Below, one piece after another: positions 61,815-64,000 of a stretch of DNA of 64,000 bases. The DNA is taken from NCBI GenBank assembly GCA_963822445.1, contig CAWGHO010000002.1:256001-320000 (forward strand), read 5' to 3'. A program made the position numbers and the translations under genes. The stretch comes from an uncultured Acidobacteriota bacterium. GTDB taxonomy: Bacteria; Acidobacteriota; Thermoanaerobaculia; Gp7-AA8. Below the pieces are notes generated by a model that saw nothing but the letters and a program-made list of their open reading frames with translations, was not told where the DNA came from and did not search any database. Position 1 is the stretch's first letter. Every line of letters starts with the position of its first letter.

Positions 61815-62215
61815 CGGATCCACCACGTTTCGATGCCGGTGACGCCTGGGTGCGCCCCGAGATAGTCCGTCTCGAGGACCTCAGTGGGGATCAGAACATA
61901 TCCGCGTTCCGCCGCGAGCCGCGTCACTTGCTCGAGCGTTTCATCCGGCAATTCGATGTCGGGTGTGAAAGCGATCATCCGGCCGAAGGCGCTGAAGCGT
62001 AGTGCGCCCGTTCCAAGAAACAGCTGGCTGTGAAAGCTCGCGTCCTGGATATGCACTCCTGTCTCGAACGTCAGAGTCTCTCCGAGCCGGGATGAGAGCT
62101 CCTCGACGAACGCAACAAACGATCTCTGAGCCTCCGCGCGATTGAACACCGCCGGTTCCTCGCCATGCCAGGGGTCGTCATGGCTCTCGAGAACATCGAT
62201 GTAGTCCGAAATCAC
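61796..62215 (-). CDS. Hypothetical protein
   Basis: GTGA coupling with the upstream gene. IQDASFHSQ...WWIRYFDWL. Start is uncertain. Confidence 0.6.
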   Translation of the reverse strand: MISDYIDVLESHDDPWHGEEPAVFNRAEAQRSFVAFVEELSSRLGETLTFETGVHIQDASFHSQLFLGTGALRFSAFGRMIAFTPDIELPDETLEQVTRLAAERGYVLIPTEVLETDYLGAHPGVTGIETWWIRYFDWL

Positions 62216-62514
62216 GGCTTTGTGCGGCAATCGTGGCATTCGACGGCTCGAGCGTCGATATGACCTTTTGCCTCCTCGTAGTACCACTTCTGATCGGCGG
62301 CACGCCAGATCTCCCGCTTGCCACATCGGCGGCAGGTGAACGGCTGGTCGACGTAGTACTCCGGAAGTTGGCCGTACGTGTTGATGTGACTGAGCCGGGT
62401 ATGGTCCGCGGGAACGGCGGTTGGATTCTGGGAGGGCAGATACTTCGCCAGGCGATCGGCCTCCGCTAGCTCACGCGGAGTCGGATCACGGCCCGTATCT
62501 TTCGCTTTAGCCAT
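62212..62514 (-). CDS. Zinc-ribbon domain protein
   Basis: YYVDQPFTCRRCG...QKWYYE...CHDCR. Confidence 0.8.
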   Translation of the reverse strand: MAKAKDTGRDPTPRELAEADRLAKYLPSQNPTAVPADHTRLSHINTYGQLPEYYVDQPFTCRRCGKREIWRAADQKWYYEEAKGHIDARAVECHDCRTKP

Positions 62515-62532
62515 TGAAACCCGCCGCGCCGG

Positions 62533-64000
62533 CTAATGCGCCGGCGCTTCGTCCACGATCTCTTCTTCCACTTCCCCGCGCGAGAACAGTGACGACAGCT
62601 TCGTCTTCAGTTGATCCGCGACCACAAAGAACGCCGGTACGACCAACAGTGACAGCGCGGTCGAGATCACCAGCCCGCCGATGATCGCCACGGCCATGGG
62701 TCCGCGCGTTTCCGCGCCGGGGCCGAGGGCCAGGGCGGGGGGAATCGCGGCGCACATCGTCGCCATGGTGGTCATCAGAATCGGGCGGAGCCGGACCGGA
62801 CCGGCCTTCAGCATCGCGTCATGCGCGGACAGGCCGCGCTCGCGCTGACCCTGCACCGCGTAATCGACGAGGATGATCGAGTTCTTCTTGGCGATGCCCA
62901 AAAGAAGCAGCAGACCGATCATCGAGAAGATGTTCAGAGTCTTGCCGGTGACGAGCAGCGCGAACGCGGCACCGGCGATCGACAGCGGCAGGATCGACAG
63001 AACGGTCACCGGATGCATGAACGAATTGAACTGCGACGCCAGAACCATGTACGCGACGATGATGCCGAGGATCAGCGCGAAGACGAGCTGCCCCATCGAC
63101 TCGCGGAAGGCCACTGACGATCCGCCGAGAACCGCGCGGTAACCGGTCGGCAGGTCCTTGCCGATCTGTTCGACGTACGCCAGCGCATCGCCCTGGGCCT
63201 TGCCTGGCGCAACGTTGCCGTAGATCGAGATCGCCCGCTCGCGATCGCGGCGCGTGACCGACTGCAGCGCCGGCCGTTCGTCTTCTTTGACCAGCGAAGA
63301 CAGCGGAACGAGCTCGCCGCTCTCCGTGCGCACGCGCAAACGAGCCAGATCTTCCGGACGCGTGCGCTGCGACGCGAGGAGGCGCGTGCGGATGTCGATG
63401 CGGCGGCCGCCGCTCGAATACTTGCCGGAGCGAACGCCGCCGACCAGCGCGTTCACGGTCGTGGCCACTTCATTGACGGAGACGCCGAGGTCCGCGGCGC
63501 GGTCGCGATCGGGGACGATGCGCAGCTCGGGCATGCCCACCTGATAGTCCGTGTCGACGTCCGTCGCGAAACCGCTCGAGGCGAGCTTCTCGCGCATGTC
63601 CGTGGCCAGCTCGATGAGCTTCTCCCACTCCGGGCCGCGCACCGAAAACTCGATCGGGAATCCGCGCTGCGCGGTGAAGCCCTGCTGCGAGAGGTCCTGA
63701 ACGACCGCGCGCGCGCCGGGATATGAGTTCAGCTCTTTGCGGATGCGCGCCGCGATGTCCTGTTGCGATTGCTCGCGCTCGTCCGGCGGAACCATGGTCA
63801 CGAACAGGATGCCGCTGTTCACGCCGCCGCCACCGAAACCGCCGACGTTCCCGAACACCCGGAGGATCTCGGGCTGCTTCATCAGATAAGCCTCGGCCCG
63901 CTGAAACACACGATCGGTCTCGAAGAGGTTCGCGCCGACCGCGGTCTGCAGGCGGATCATCAGACGGCTCTGATCCTGCGACGGAACGAACTCGCTCGGC
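62533..64000 (-). CDS. RND efflux permease (AcrB family), 5' part outside window
   Basis: YMVLASQFNS, GIAKKNSIILVD and RLRPILMTT motifs. Intact frame. Confidence 0.93.
   Translation of the reverse strand, partial: PSEFVPSQDQSRLMIRLQTAVGANLFETDRVFQRAEAYLMKQPEILRVFGNVGGFGGGGVNSGILFVTMVPPDEREQSQQDIAARIRKELNSYPGARAVVQDLSQQGFTAQRGFPIEFSVRGPEWEKLIELATDMREKLASSGFATDVDTDYQVGMPELRIVPDRDRAADLGVSVNEVATTVNALVGGVRSGKYSSGGRRIDIRTRLLASQRTRPEDLARLRVRTESGELVPLSSLVKEDERPALQSVTRRDRERAISIYGNVAPGKAQGDALAYVEQIGKDLPTGYRAVLGGSSVAFRESMGQLVFALILGIIVAYMVLASQFNSFMHPVTVLSILPLSIAGAAFALLVTGKTLNIFSMIGLLLLLGIAKKNSIILVDYAVQGQRERGLSAHDAMLKAGPVRLRPILMTTMATMCAAIPPALALGPGAETRGPMAVAIIGGLVISTALSLLVVPAFFVVADQLKTKLSSLFSRGEVEEEIVDEAPAH

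Overview
High-GC bacterial chromosomal window. Gene content (ECF43-type sigma/Ser-Thr kinase pairs, kinase-TolB, IPTL-CTERM and CSLREA proteins) suggests Acidobacteriota, possibly Thermoanaerobaculia; this is an inference. It contains: the right end of a tRNA-Val(CAC)-targeted island, an intact tRNA-Val(GAC), the thrS-infC-rpmI-rplT cluster, a YtrA-type GntR/ABC operon, a frameshifted TetR-TolC-MFP-RND efflux operon, four Hanks-type kinases (two coupled to ECF sigma factors, one fused to NB-ARC/TPR), a peptidoglycan-recycling operon (SSS, NagZ, serine hydrolase-NamZ fusion), a ~3,000-aa secreted CSLREA/beta-helix/FN3 protein, and two lower-GC cassette-like patches, one carrying a toxin-antitoxin pair. 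The strongest unannotated signal is a complete ribosome-mediated attenuator upstream of thrS: a 21-aa leader with 9 Thr codons, a 17-bp antiterminator and an overlapping terminator. Other highlights are REP-like palindromes translated in-frame inside two adjacent enzyme genes, pervasive leaderless gene starts including a 15-bp bidirectional promoter, and an RND pump with two extra predicted TM helices. All calls come from reading the sequence; no searches were run.
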